A DNA stretch of 64,000 nucleotides from an uncultured candidatus Brocadiaceae bacterium (GTDB lineage: Bacteria; Planctomycetota; UBA1135; UBA2386). This document shows positions 49,669-58,729 of this stretch, piece by piece. Position numbers and translations under genes: made by a program. The notes beneath the pieces were generated by a model. That model was given only the letters and a program-made list of their open reading frames with translations. It did not search any database and was not told the origin of the DNA. The stretch's first letter is position 1. Every line of letters begins with the position of its first letter. Location: the NCBI GenBank assembly GCA_964538915.1, contig CAZIFB010000023.1, positions 3,294-67,293 of the forward strand. Direction: 5' to 3'.

Positions 49669-52461
49669 TCAGCGCACTTCGAAGTGGTACGACCCGCCGC
49701 CGACCTGCACCTCGCAACCGCTCGCGTCGACGCCGACGACGTGCACGGCGCCGGCGGGCGGGCGGACGCGCCCGCGATCGACGAGCAGGTCGCCGCTCTC
49801 GGTCACCGACGCGTCGGGCCGCCCGAGCATCGGCACGACGATCGTCGCGTTCGTGTTCGCGGGAACGTCGACGTCGAGCGCCACCGTCGCTCCGCTTCGC
49901 CGCCACGACACACCGATGCGTCCGCGCACCGAGTCGAAGTGGCCGCGCGCCCACGTGAGATCGCCGACGACGGACGGCTTCACGACGATGTCGCGCCAGG
50001 CCACCGAACCCGGCGCCTGACGGATGCCGAGCAGCGAGCGACGGAACCAGGCGCTCACCGCGGAGTACATCGCGTGGTTGCGCGACCATCCGTCGATGCG
50101 ACTCCAGTGCTCCCACAGCGTCGTGGCCCCCTGGTCGAGCATGTAGCCGTACCCGGGGAACTCGCGGGAACGCACCATGCCGAGCACGAGGTCGTCGCGC
50201 CCGGCGTCGCTCAGCACTTCGAACATGTCGCCCGTCGCGAACATGCCCGTCGACAGGCGGCCGTGTTTCGCCTGGATCTCGTCGAGAAGCACGCCGAACG
50301 CCTTCTCGCGCAGTTCGGGCGGAACGAGCCCGTGGCGCAGCGACGTCGCCTGGCTCGTCTGCGTACGCACGAACACCTGCCCGGTCGCCGGCTCCACCTG
50401 GCGCGCGAACGCGGCTTCGATCGCGCGCGCGAGCGCCTCGAACTCACGCACGTCGTCGGCCCGGCCGAGCACGTTCGCGAGGTCGACGAGGATCGAGACC
50501 ATGCGGTGGTACGCGACGGTCGCCATCAACGGCGAGGGGTTGAAGCCGATGTTGCCGTGATCGCCGAAGCACGCGACCGCGAGATTCTCGGGGGAGCGAT
50601 CGCGGCAGAAGCTCACGAGCCGCCGCACCGTCTCGTACTGCTCTTCGACGAGCCGTCGGTCGCCGTACTCGGTCCAAGCACGGTGCACGAGGTACGGATG
50701 CGCGAGCATCCAGCCGAGCGGTCCGGTGTCCGGCGTGAGACCGCTCTCGTTGACGCCGACATCCGGCGCACATTCGGGCAGGCCGCCGTCGGGCCGCGCG
50801 TCGCGCGCGAAGTCCTCGACCGCCTTCCGGTGCATCGTCGCCATGTCGAAGACGGCCTGGTACGCGGTGGCCGAGGCGACCATGTCGCCGCCGTAGCCGA
50901 AGCGCTCGCGCGCCGGGCAGTCGGACAGCACCGACGACGCATTGCTGAGCAGCGTCCGCACGACGACTTCGTCGATGCGGTTGCACAGTGGATCGGAGCA
51001 CTCGAACGAGGAGACGCGCCGCAGGTCCGCATGCCAGACGAGACCCTCGATGTCGCCCGCGGCGAGAGCGTCGGGCAGACCGGTGACCTCGACGTAGCGG
51101 AAGCCGTGGCACGTGAAGCGCGGCTCGAACACTTCGCGGCCGCCGCCGCGGCAGACGTACGTGTCCTCCTGCAGAGCAACGGGAGGCGCGCCGGGACCGC
51201 CCTTGCCGGGTTCGTTCACCTGCGCCGCGACCGTCGAGGTCGGATCGATCGTGCCGTCGGGCCGCAGCTCTTCGGCGTAACGCAGCACGACCGCCGTGCC
51301 GGCCGGTGCCGTCACCGCGAGCCGAACCGCGCCGGCGAAGTTCTCGCCGAAGTCGACGACCTGCATGCCAGGCAGCGGGCTGGTCACCGCGACCGCTTGC
51401 ACCGTTCGTGACTGCCGCACGGGCGGGATCGGCAGGCAGCGCAGTTCGCCGCCAGGCGCCGCGACGACGTCGGCCCGCCGCCACGCGCGGTCGTCGAAGC
51501 CGGGGTCGTCCCATCCGTCGGGCCACGCCGCTGCAGCGAAGCGTTCGCCGAGATAGACGTTGTCGCGCAGCACGGGGCCCGGCGCCGTCCGCCACGAACG
51601 ATCCGACACGACACGCACGATCCGTCCGTCGCGCTGCACGACCTCGAGCACGCACCACAGCTTCGGCTGCCCGCACGCGAGCGTCGTGCGCAGGTCGAGA
51701 CGCCCCCACAGCCTCAGCGGCAGCGGGTCGTACCAGCCGCGGCCGAGCATGACGCCCAGAGCGTTCTCGCCGTCGTGCACGAACGACGTCACGTCGTGGA
51801 CGACGTACGGAACGACGGTCGAGTAGCGGGTCCACGCCGGCTGGAGGAGTTCGTCGCCGACGCGCCGGCCGTTCAACCGCGCCTCGTGGAAGCCGAGACC
51901 GCAGACGTATAGGCGGGCGCGCAGCGGCTCACCGTCGATGCGGAACGTGCGGCGGAGCAGCGGTGCGGGCCGGTCGCGGTAGTGGTCCTCGGCGCGCGTC
52001 GGAGCCTCCTGACCGTCGCCTATCCAGAGCGCGGCTCGATCGTTGGAGCGAAGGAGTCCGGTCTCGAACCACGTCGGCGTCGCGGACGCCGATTCCGCGC
52101 CCTCGGCGTTCCACGTGCGCACCGTCCACCAGTAGCGCGTGGCGCTCGCGAGCCGCGGCCCGCCCCACACGACGTGCAGGCTCTCGTCGCTCCCGACGCG
52201 GCCGGAGTCCCACACGTCGGGCTTCTCGTCGGCGAGCAGAGCAGGCGCGGTGGCCACCAGGATCCGGAACGCCGTCTGGCGGGCGCTGCGCGCCGCATCG
52301 ACGAACCGCCACGACAGCCGCGGGTTCTCGACGTCGACGCCCAGCGGGGTCGAGACGTACTCGCAGCGCAGGTCGGTCGGCGGTTCGCCGAGCGACGAAC
52401 TCCAGGGGAACGAGCACGCCGCAGCCAGCACGGCGAACGGCAGGAGCGACGACTTCCTCAT
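49669..52461 (-). CDS. GH78 alpha-L-rhamnosidase (lipoprotein signal)
   Basis: Start moved to ATG 52461 (MRKSSLLPFAVLAAA|C) inside track ORF 49669..53376. N-terminal LRCEYVSTPLGVDVENPRLSWRF plus QTAFRILVA is the classic bacterial rhamnosidase N-terminus. 930 aa. Confidence 0.9.
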   Translation of the reverse strand: MRKSSLLPFAVLAAACSFPWSSSLGEPPTDLRCEYVSTPLGVDVENPRLSWRFVDAARSARQTAFRILVATAPALLADEKPDVWDSGRVGSDESLHVVWGGPRLASATRYWWTVRTWNAEGAESASATPTWFETGLLRSNDRAALWIGDGQEAPTRAEDHYRDRPAPLLRRTFRIDGEPLRARLYVCGLGFHEARLNGRRVGDELLQPAWTRYSTVVPYVVHDVTSFVHDGENALGVMLGRGWYDPLPLRLWGRLDLRTTLACGQPKLWCVLEVVQRDGRIVRVVSDRSWRTAPGPVLRDNVYLGERFAAAAWPDGWDDPGFDDRAWRRADVVAAPGGELRCLPIPPVRQSRTVQAVAVTSPLPGMQVVDFGENFAGAVRLAVTAPAGTAVVLRYAEELRPDGTIDPTSTVAAQVNEPGKGGPGAPPVALQEDTYVCRGGGREVFEPRFTCHGFRYVEVTGLPDALAAGDIEGLVWHADLRRVSSFECSDPLCNRIDEVVVRTLLSNASSVLSDCPARERFGYGGDMVASATAYQAVFDMATMHRKAVEDFARDARPDGGLPECAPDVGVNESGLTPDTGPLGWMLAHPYLVHRAWTEYGDRRLVEEQYETVRRLVSFCRDRSPENLAVACFGDHGNIGFNPSPLMATVAYHRMVSILVDLANVLGRADDVREFEALARAIEAAFARQVEPATGQVFVRTQTSQATSLRHGLVPPELREKAFGVLLDEIQAKHGRLSTGMFATGDMFEVLSDAGRDDLVLGMVRSREFPGYGYMLDQGATTLWEHWSRIDGWSRNHAMYSAVSAWFRRSLLGIRQAPGSVAWRDIVVKPSVVGDLTWARGHFDSVRGRIGVSWRRSGATVALDVDVPANTNATIVVPMLGRPDASVTESGDLLVDRGRVRPPAGAVHVVGVDASGCEVQVGGGSYHFEVR

Positions 52462-54878
52462 CGGCGGGGCACCGCGGCGAGCGGCCGTCCATCGGCGTCG
52501 ATGTCGCGATCGACCGCCGCGAGGCACCGCGCGAGATGCGGATCGCCGTCGCGGCGCAACAGACCGAGCGTCACCGTCGCGAGCTGCGCGAGGACTTCGT
52601 CGATGAGCTCGGTGGCGACGCCGTAGAACAGGAAGTTGATCGGCGCGAGATCGCCGAGAGCGAGCAGCGTCCGCGTGCGACCCGACGCAAAGCGGAACGT
52701 CCAGCGATGGCCGTACACGCGCGCCGTGCGAGGGTCGAGCAGTTCGCCGACGCCGATCGCGACCGCTTCGCCGCCGATCGTCGGAGCCTCTTCGCGAAGT
52801 TTGCCGCCGAACCACGACATCACGTCGCGGAACTCGACCTTCTTCGTCGATCCGCTCGCGAGCACGAGCGCGGACTTCGTGCCGTGCAGGAGCCAGCGTT
52901 CGACGTCCGCACCCTGCACGACGCTCTGGCCCGTGACGCCGGTCACGAGATCCACGTCGAGCCACGCATCGCCGACGCCCGCCAGAGTGAGCGCCTCGGG
53001 AACGCCGGTGCCCCGTCCCCGCCCGGCCTCGAGGTCGACGCCCAGCACCCGCTGCTCGTCGATGCGGGGCAGGAGCGCGCGACAGAGTTCCGAGCCGATC
53101 GCGCCGCGCGAGCCGAGAACGAGGCAGGTGCGCCGCGCCAGGATGCGACCGTCGGCGTTCAGCACGGTCTCGACGGCGTTCAGGATCGACGCGGCGACCT
53201 CGCGCGACTCGACCTCGCGCTTCAGCCGCGAGATCGCGATCGAGAACGAGGGCAGCGCGAGCCGTCCGTGTGCACGCTCGACCTCGACGAGCCGGTCGAA
53301 GCCGTTGCGGGTGTGCTCGACGGTGCCGTGCAGCCGCCCCGCGAAGACGCTCTCCGCGGGACGCTCGTCGGCGCACGCGTGGCCGAGCGCCGCGGCGAAC
53401 GCGCGCACGCTGTCACCGCGCAGCATCGCGTCCTGCACGACGGGACCGAGGTAACCGCCGTCCTCGACGAGCAGCATGCGCTGCCCTGCGCGTTCGGCGC
53501 GGTCGATCTGCGCGAGAAAGGGAACGACGGCCGCGGCCCGCATCGCCGTCACGTAGGCATGGTCGTTGCCGGCGAGCGCACGTTCGATCGCAGGGGCCTC
53601 GTCGAGGCGCGAATACGCGTGCGAAGGGCGATAGCGGCCCTCGACACGATCGGCCGCCGGAACGTGCACGAGCGCCAGCGCGCGGAACTCGTCGGGCGGC
53701 AGGTCGAGCACGGCGTCGAGGTAACTCGCCGGTGGCTCGCCCGCGTACGACACGAACAAGCAGCAGAGGTCGCGGCACCCGAGGGCACGCAGGGCACCGA
53801 TCAGCCCGACGACCTCGGCCGTCATGTGGTGCACCAGGAAGACCGGCGTCGCGCGCAACGGCGCGTCGGCGTTCGCATCGACCACCGCCCGCAGCGCGGG
53901 CATGCGCTGCAGGAACGCGTCGACGTCGGGACACTCACGGCGCTGACCGATCGACAGCTCGAGCACACGTCCGAGCTGCGCCAGGTCGAGGAACACCGGG
54001 ATCGCTCCGGTGTCGATCCGCACGACCTCGCGGGCCGCGAGCAGGCGGCGCACGTTCTGGTCCTCGAGCGCGAGCAGCACGCGCTTCACCCGATCGGTGA
54101 TCTCGGACGGCGCGCTGTCGATGAGCATCGACACGGCGCTCTCCGGCCACTGGATCGACACCCGCTGGATCGCGGAGAGACCCGCCTGGTCGAACTGGCG
54201 GAAGAGATGGCTGTGCGGACTCCGGCTCTCGACGAACGAACGGCGGCCGCGTTCGGCCTCGCGGCGCAGTGCCTCCGCCCACGTCTCCGCGATGCGGGTC
54301 GAACCGGCGATGAAGTGGCGGTCCTCCGCGTCCGCGACCGGCACGTGCGCGATGCGGGCGATGTCGATGCATCCGACCGCACCGCAGTCGACCGTGAGCC
54401 GCAGACCGGCGGCGGCGGCGGCGCTCGACGGCAGGTGTTCGAGCACGACGCGGCGTCGGCCGTTCGTGCCGCTGAACTCCGCGACGAGCGCCCGCGACGA
54501 CGACCGATCGGCCGGCAGGAGCGCATCGCGATAGCGCTGCCGCTGCAGGCTGCCCAGCACTGCGCGCAGGTGCATCTCGAGGAGGTCGGGCCGAGCCACG
54601 AACTCGGCGACCAGCGCCGGTTGCACCACGAGGTGAACGACCTCGATGCCGAACACCTCGACCAGTTCGGGCGTCTCGCGTGCGCGGAGGCGGCGTTCGA
54701 TCGCTGCGTCGGGGCGCTCGCTGCGGGCGCGCACACCGATCATCTCGGCGAGCGCACGCGACAACACCGACAGGCCGTGCATGACGGCGAGCGAACCGAC
54801 GGCGAGGACCCAGGTGCCGTCGTGGCGTTCGAGCGGCGGGCCGATCGAGGTTTCGAGGCGGGCAGGGGCGTCGTTCAT
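52458..54878 (-). CDS. 806-aa hypothetical protein: unassigned ~330-aa N-terminal half plus very divergent adenosylhomocysteinase-like NAD-binding half
   Basis: ATG 54878 overlaps the upstream stop and its own stop overlaps the rhamnosidase ATG (both ATGA). By-eye parallels to AdoHcyase: LLVEDGGYLGPVV (53430-53474) vs DDGGD, VEHTRNGFDRL (53289-53321) vs EETTTGVxRL, LVLGSRGAIGSE (53088-53123) vs GYGDVGKG. Confidence 0.7.
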   Translation of the reverse strand: MNDAPARLETSIGPPLERHDGTWVLAVGSLAVMHGLSVLSRALAEMIGVRARSERPDAAIERRLRARETPELVEVFGIEVVHLVVQPALVAEFVARPDLLEMHLRAVLGSLQRQRYRDALLPADRSSSRALVAEFSGTNGRRRVVLEHLPSSAAAAAGLRLTVDCGAVGCIDIARIAHVPVADAEDRHFIAGSTRIAETWAEALRREAERGRRSFVESRSPHSHLFRQFDQAGLSAIQRVSIQWPESAVSMLIDSAPSEITDRVKRVLLALEDQNVRRLLAAREVVRIDTGAIPVFLDLAQLGRVLELSIGQRRECPDVDAFLQRMPALRAVVDANADAPLRATPVFLVHHMTAEVVGLIGALRALGCRDLCCLFVSYAGEPPASYLDAVLDLPPDEFRALALVHVPAADRVEGRYRPSHAYSRLDEAPAIERALAGNDHAYVTAMRAAAVVPFLAQIDRAERAGQRMLLVEDGGYLGPVVQDAMLRGDSVRAFAAALGHACADERPAESVFAGRLHGTVEHTRNGFDRLVEVERAHGRLALPSFSIAISRLKREVESREVAASILNAVETVLNADGRILARRTCLVLGSRGAIGSELCRALLPRIDEQRVLGVDLEAGRGRGTGVPEALTLAGVGDAWLDVDLVTGVTGQSVVQGADVERWLLHGTKSALVLASGSTKKVEFRDVMSWFGGKLREEAPTIGGEAVAIGVGELLDPRTARVYGHRWTFRFASGRTRTLLALGDLAPINFLFYGVATELIDEVLAQLATVTLGLLRRDGDPHLARCLAAVDRDIDADGRPLAAVPRR

Positions 54879-56323
54879 GGCCGCCCTCCGTCCGAATCCT
54901 CGTGCTCCACCACCGCCTTGATGCATGCGCGCGAACCGGCGACGGCGAACGCGCGCGCGAGGTCGGCCGCGGCGAAGCGATGCGTGACGAGCCGTTCGCC
55001 GATGCGTCGCAGATCCGCGTCCGCCGCGAGCAGTTCCAGCGCACGACGGAAGTCGCCGCAGCGCGAACTCGACAACACGAGGCCGCGCGCGACAACGGCC
55101 TGCAGCAGTTCCGAACCGGCGACCTCCGCCGTGGGCGTCACCAGGACGGTGCCGCGCGGCCTCACCAGCGACCGCTCGTCGCCCGCACGGGGCCTGATCG
55201 CCGCGTCGACCTCGGCGGCGTTCCCCGCCACGGCGACGGTGGCGCGCGGCAGACCCGTGGTCTCGCGGTCGAACTCCACGGCAAGGGCCGCCGCATCGCG
55301 TCCGGCGCGGACGTCCGCGGTCGCGGCGAGCCACGCGGGCGGCGGCGATGCGGCGAGCCACGCGATGCGCGGGCGCCCGCCGATCGCGAGCTGCTGCCAC
55401 TCGGACGCACCGGGCGCGGGCGGCCGATCCGGGAAGCGCGCGATCGAGAGTTCGTCGACGACGAGCGCCGTGAGGTTCGCGAGCCCGCACGACACGCGAC
55501 CGTGCGTCGACTTCAGGTGGACTTCACGGCGCGCGATGCGCACCGCGGTCGGGAGGCCCTCGGGGTTGCCCGTCGTGTCGATCACGACGTCGCACGACGC
55601 CTCGGGCACGCCACCGGCGGCGAGCACGTGCACTTCGTCCGCGCCGCAGGCCGTCGCGAGTTCGCGCAACGACGGATCGCGCACGAAGGCCACGACGGAG
55701 AAGTCCGCGCCCGCGCGGCGGCGCTCCGCACGCACACCGGCCAGCGCCGCGACGACGAGCATGCCGAGGCGGCGCGGTCCGAGCACGGCGATGCGGTCAC
55801 CTGCGCGCGGAGCGATCGAATCGACGGCGTGCAACGCAGCGGCGAAGGGCTCGACGAGCACCGCAGCGGTGTCCGGCACCACGTCCGGCACTTCGAGGCA
55901 CGCGTCGACCGGCGCGAGCAGCCAGGGACCGAAGCCGCCCGGCAGGCCGTGGATGCCGAGCGTCAGTCGATCGGGGCAGTGTGTGTGCAGCCCGGCGCGG
56001 CAGAACGCACACTCGGCGACGCCGCGAGCGTGGTGGGACGCGTTGATCTCCACCACGTACCGGCGACCGGCGTCGTCGCGCGCGATCACTTCGTGGCCGG
56101 TGACCTGCGGCAGCGGGAACGGCAGGTGGTGCCGGGCGAGATCGGTCGAACAGACACCGCACTGACGCGTCCGCAACAGCCGGTAGCCGGGGCCGAGTTC
56201 GAGCACGACCGCGCCGTCGCGCTGCACCGTCCAGCCGCGGTCGTTGCCGCGCAGCCGATAGTGCGCCGGCACGAACGTCGTGTCCTGCCGGTAGTCCAGG
56301 GCGTCGAACTCCACGGTGGTCAT
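54875..56323 (-). CDS. zinc-type medium-chain dehydrogenase/reductase (MDR) with ~110-aa insertion
   Basis: ATG 56323 overlaps the kinase stop (ATGA). Motifs RQCGVCSTDL, VTGHEV, LVEPFAAAL, degenerate Rossmann AVLGPRRLG. Extra segment ARFPDRPPAPGASEWQQLAIGG...VAVAGNAAEVDAAI. Confidence 0.8.
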   Translation of the reverse strand: MTTVEFDALDYRQDTTFVPAHYRLRGNDRGWTVQRDGAVVLELGPGYRLLRTRQCGVCSTDLARHHLPFPLPQVTGHEVIARDDAGRRYVVEINASHHARGVAECAFCRAGLHTHCPDRLTLGIHGLPGGFGPWLLAPVDACLEVPDVVPDTAAVLVEPFAAALHAVDSIAPRAGDRIAVLGPRRLGMLVVAALAGVRAERRRAGADFSVVAFVRDPSLRELATACGADEVHVLAAGGVPEASCDVVIDTTGNPEGLPTAVRIARREVHLKSTHGRVSCGLANLTALVVDELSIARFPDRPPAPGASEWQQLAIGGRPRIAWLAASPPPAWLAATADVRAGRDAAALAVEFDRETTGLPRATVAVAGNAAEVDAAIRPRAGDERSLVRPRGTVLVTPTAEVAGSELLQAVVARGLVLSSSRCGDFRRALELLAADADLRRIGERLVTHRFAAADLARAFAVAGSRACIKAVVEHEDSDGGRP

Positions 56324-57504
56324 CCGATCTCTCCCGGGCCGTTGCCGATGCGGAGGACGTCGAACGCCGGGTGCACACCGAAGCGCGCCTCGAACGCCTC
56401 GCCGACGCGGCGGCCGACCGACGCCGACGAACCGGGGCGCAGCAGCGCGATCGCACATCCGCCGAAACCGGCGCCGGTGAGCCGCGCGCCGAAAACGCCG
56501 TCGCACCCGCGCGCCGCGTCCGTGATGACGTCGAGTTCGTCGCAGCTCACGTCGAAGTCCGCGGCCGTCGAGCGATGGCTCGCGTCGAGCTGGGCACCGA
56601 GCGTCGCGTAGTCGTGGCGACGCAACGCGGCGACCGCGAACGCCGTGCGTTCCATCTCGGTGACGACGTGGCGCGCACGACGGAACGACACTTCGTCCAT
56701 GGCTTCGCGGCTCGATTCGAGTTCGGCCAGCGAATACGAGGCGAGGTGCGGCAGGTCGCGAACGTGCGTGCGCAGGATCTCGTGGGCGGTCGCACACTGG
56801 GCGACCCGCTCGTTGAAGCCGCTCTTGGCCAGGTGCCGCGGCTTCTTCGTGTCCATCACGAGCACTTCGCAGGCCTGCGGATCGAAGGGCACGTGCTCCC
56901 ACCGCGGCCCCGCACAGCGCAGCAACAGCACCTGGCCGGCCCGCCCGAGCGCCGACGCGAACTGGTCCATGATGCCGCAGCGGACGCCGACGAACCCCGT
57001 CTCCGCGCGGTGCGCGATCAAGGCGAGCTGCTGGCGATCCAGCCGGGTGTCGTGCAGTGCGTCGAGCGCGAGCGCGGTGACCACTTCGATCGCCGCGGAC
57101 GACGACAGGCCGGAAGCCATCGGCACGTCGCCGCCGAAGACGACGTCCATGCCCTTCGTGACACCGGTGCGTTGCTGGAAGCCGTGCCACACGCCGATGG
57201 GATACGCCGCCCACCCCCACTCCGAACGCATGCGCCGGCCCACCGCCGCGACGTCGAGGTCCACGGCGAGCTGCTGGTCCAGGCTGCGCAGCCGCAGGCG
57301 ACCGTCGGCGCGCGCAACCGCCGCTGCGTAGATGCCCCGGTCGACCGCCATCGGGAGCACGTCACCGCCGTTGTAGTCGAGGTGCGCACCGACCAGGTTG
57401 ATGCGCCCGGGTGCGAAGAAGCATCGCGGCAGCGCCCCGCCGAACTCACCGCGAAAGCGCCCGACGACGGCATCGAGCAGGGCGGGTCGCGTGGGGACGG
57501 ACAT
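56320..57504 (-). CDS. GHMP sugar kinase, galactokinase-like with altered signature
   Basis: Start set to ATG 57504 (track gives 57552). GRINLVGAHLDYNGG (57373-57408 covers GRINLVGAHLDY), GGDVPMASGLSSSAA (GHMP motif II), GARLTGAGFGGC (motif III). Confidence 0.85.
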   Translation of the reverse strand: MSVPTRPALLDAVVGRFRGEFGGALPRCFFAPGRINLVGAHLDYNGGDVLPMAVDRGIYAAAVARADGRLRLRSLDQQLAVDLDVAAVGRRMRSEWGWAAYPIGVWHGFQQRTGVTKGMDVVFGGDVPMASGLSSSAAIEVVTALALDALHDTRLDRQQLALIAHRAETGFVGVRCGIMDQFASALGRAGQVLLLRCAGPRWEHVPFDPQACEVLVMDTKKPRHLAKSGFNERVAQCATAHEILRTHVRDLPHLASYSLAELESSREAMDEVSFRRARHVVTEMERTAFAVAALRRHDYATLGAQLDASHRSTAADFDVSCDELDVITDAARGCDGVFGARLTGAGFGGCAIALLRPGSSASVGRRVGEAFEARFGVHPAFDVLRIGNGPGEIG

Positions 57505-57629
57505 GGACGAACCATCGAACTGGTGCGCAGCGTCCCGCGCAAGCCATGCCATCGCCCGATGCGGGCGCGGCTCGTTCCGGGAATGCCCGCGTAACGGCGT
57601 CGTGCGGGCGGGCTATACCTTGGGTGCGT

Positions 57630-58715
57630 ATGCCGAAGCTCTCGCTGACGACGATCACCGCCTTCCTGCTGCCGTTCTCCGTCGCCGTCGCGCAGGACAC
57701 TCCCGCGCAGGAAACTCCCGCGCCATCGGCGGCAGCCCCCGCCCAGGCGCCGCACCACGTCGTTCGCCGTTTCCCGCAGGACCGCGACGTCACGATCGCG
57801 ATCGTCGGCACGCGCGCGCTCTCGCTCGGCGATCTCGTCGATCACATCGACGCGAAGCACTACCCGGGCTTCCGCAAGGCCATGGAGACGCGGCCCGAGT
57901 TCCAGCGCATGCTGCAGTCCGACCTGATCGCGCCATGGGTGCGCCAGTTCGTGGACATCGAGGCGCTCCGGCAGACGGCGAAGCAGAAGGTCGACGAAGA
58001 GAAGCTGATCGCCGCGCAGAGTGCCGCGCTGAAGAACATGTTCCAGGGCTGGCTCGACTCCTACATCAACGAAGCCCGGTCGAAGGGTCGCCCCGACCCG
58101 TCGCAGCGCACGGTGAACGTGCTGCTCTCGGACTTCCAGCTCCGCAACGGCCTCGCGGCGGAGATGCAGGGCTGGCTCGACTACCTGGAGCCCGACGACT
58201 ACTCGCGCGGCCAGTTGCAGAAGTTCTTCACGGAGCACGCGCGCTACTTCGGTGGCCGCGTGAACATCCGGCACATCCTCGTGCAGAACCGCGACGCCGG
58301 CACGGGCATCCTGCTGACGGAGGAGGGTGTCGCCCGCGCCGCCGCCCGGCTGGCCGACATCAAGGGCCGCCTGCTCAGGGACGGTTCCAACTTCGAGGAA
58401 CTCGCCCGTCTCTACTCCGACGACACGAAGACGGCCCAGCAGGGCGGTGAGTTGAAGGGCATCCTGCGTTTCGACGATCGTCTGCCCGCGCCGCTCTGCC
58501 GCGCGGCGTGGATGCTCGAGGACGGCCAGATGAGCGACGTCGTCGAGACGCAGTACGGCTGGCACCTCGTGAAGCGCGTCGACTTCGACCAGAACATGTT
58601 CATCCTCTTCACCGACGACGCGATCCCGACGATCCGCGACGTGATGCACCGAGCCAGGCAGGAAGAGCGGCTCTTCGCGGCGCGCCACGACACCGAGCGG
58701 CAGCTGATGCTCTGA
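57630..58715 (+). CDS. secreted parvulin-type peptidyl-prolyl isomerase (SurA/PrsA-like)
   Basis: Start moved to ATG 57630 (MPKLSLTTITAFLLPFSVAVAQD). Parvulin domain: RHILVQNRD...FEELARLYSDD...GGELKGILRFDDRLPAPLCRAAWMLEDGQMSDVVETQYGWHLVK. Confidence 0.8.
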   Translation: MPKLSLTTITAFLLPFSVAVAQDTPAQETPAPSAAAPAQAPHHVVRRFPQDRDVTIAIVGTRALSLGDLVDHIDAKHYPGFRKAMETRPEFQRMLQSDLIAPWVRQFVDIEALRQTAKQKVDEEKLIAAQSAALKNMFQGWLDSYINEARSKGRPDPSQRTVNVLLSDFQLRNGLAAEMQGWLDYLEPDDYSRGQLQKFFTEHARYFGGRVNIRHILVQNRDAGTGILLTEEGVARAAARLADIKGRLLRDGSNFEELARLYSDDTKTAQQGGELKGILRFDDRLPAPLCRAAWMLEDGQMSDVVETQYGWHLVKRVDFDQNMFILFTDDAIPTIRDVMHRARQEERLFAARHDTERQLML

Positions 58716-58729
58716 ACGACGCGGTCCCG

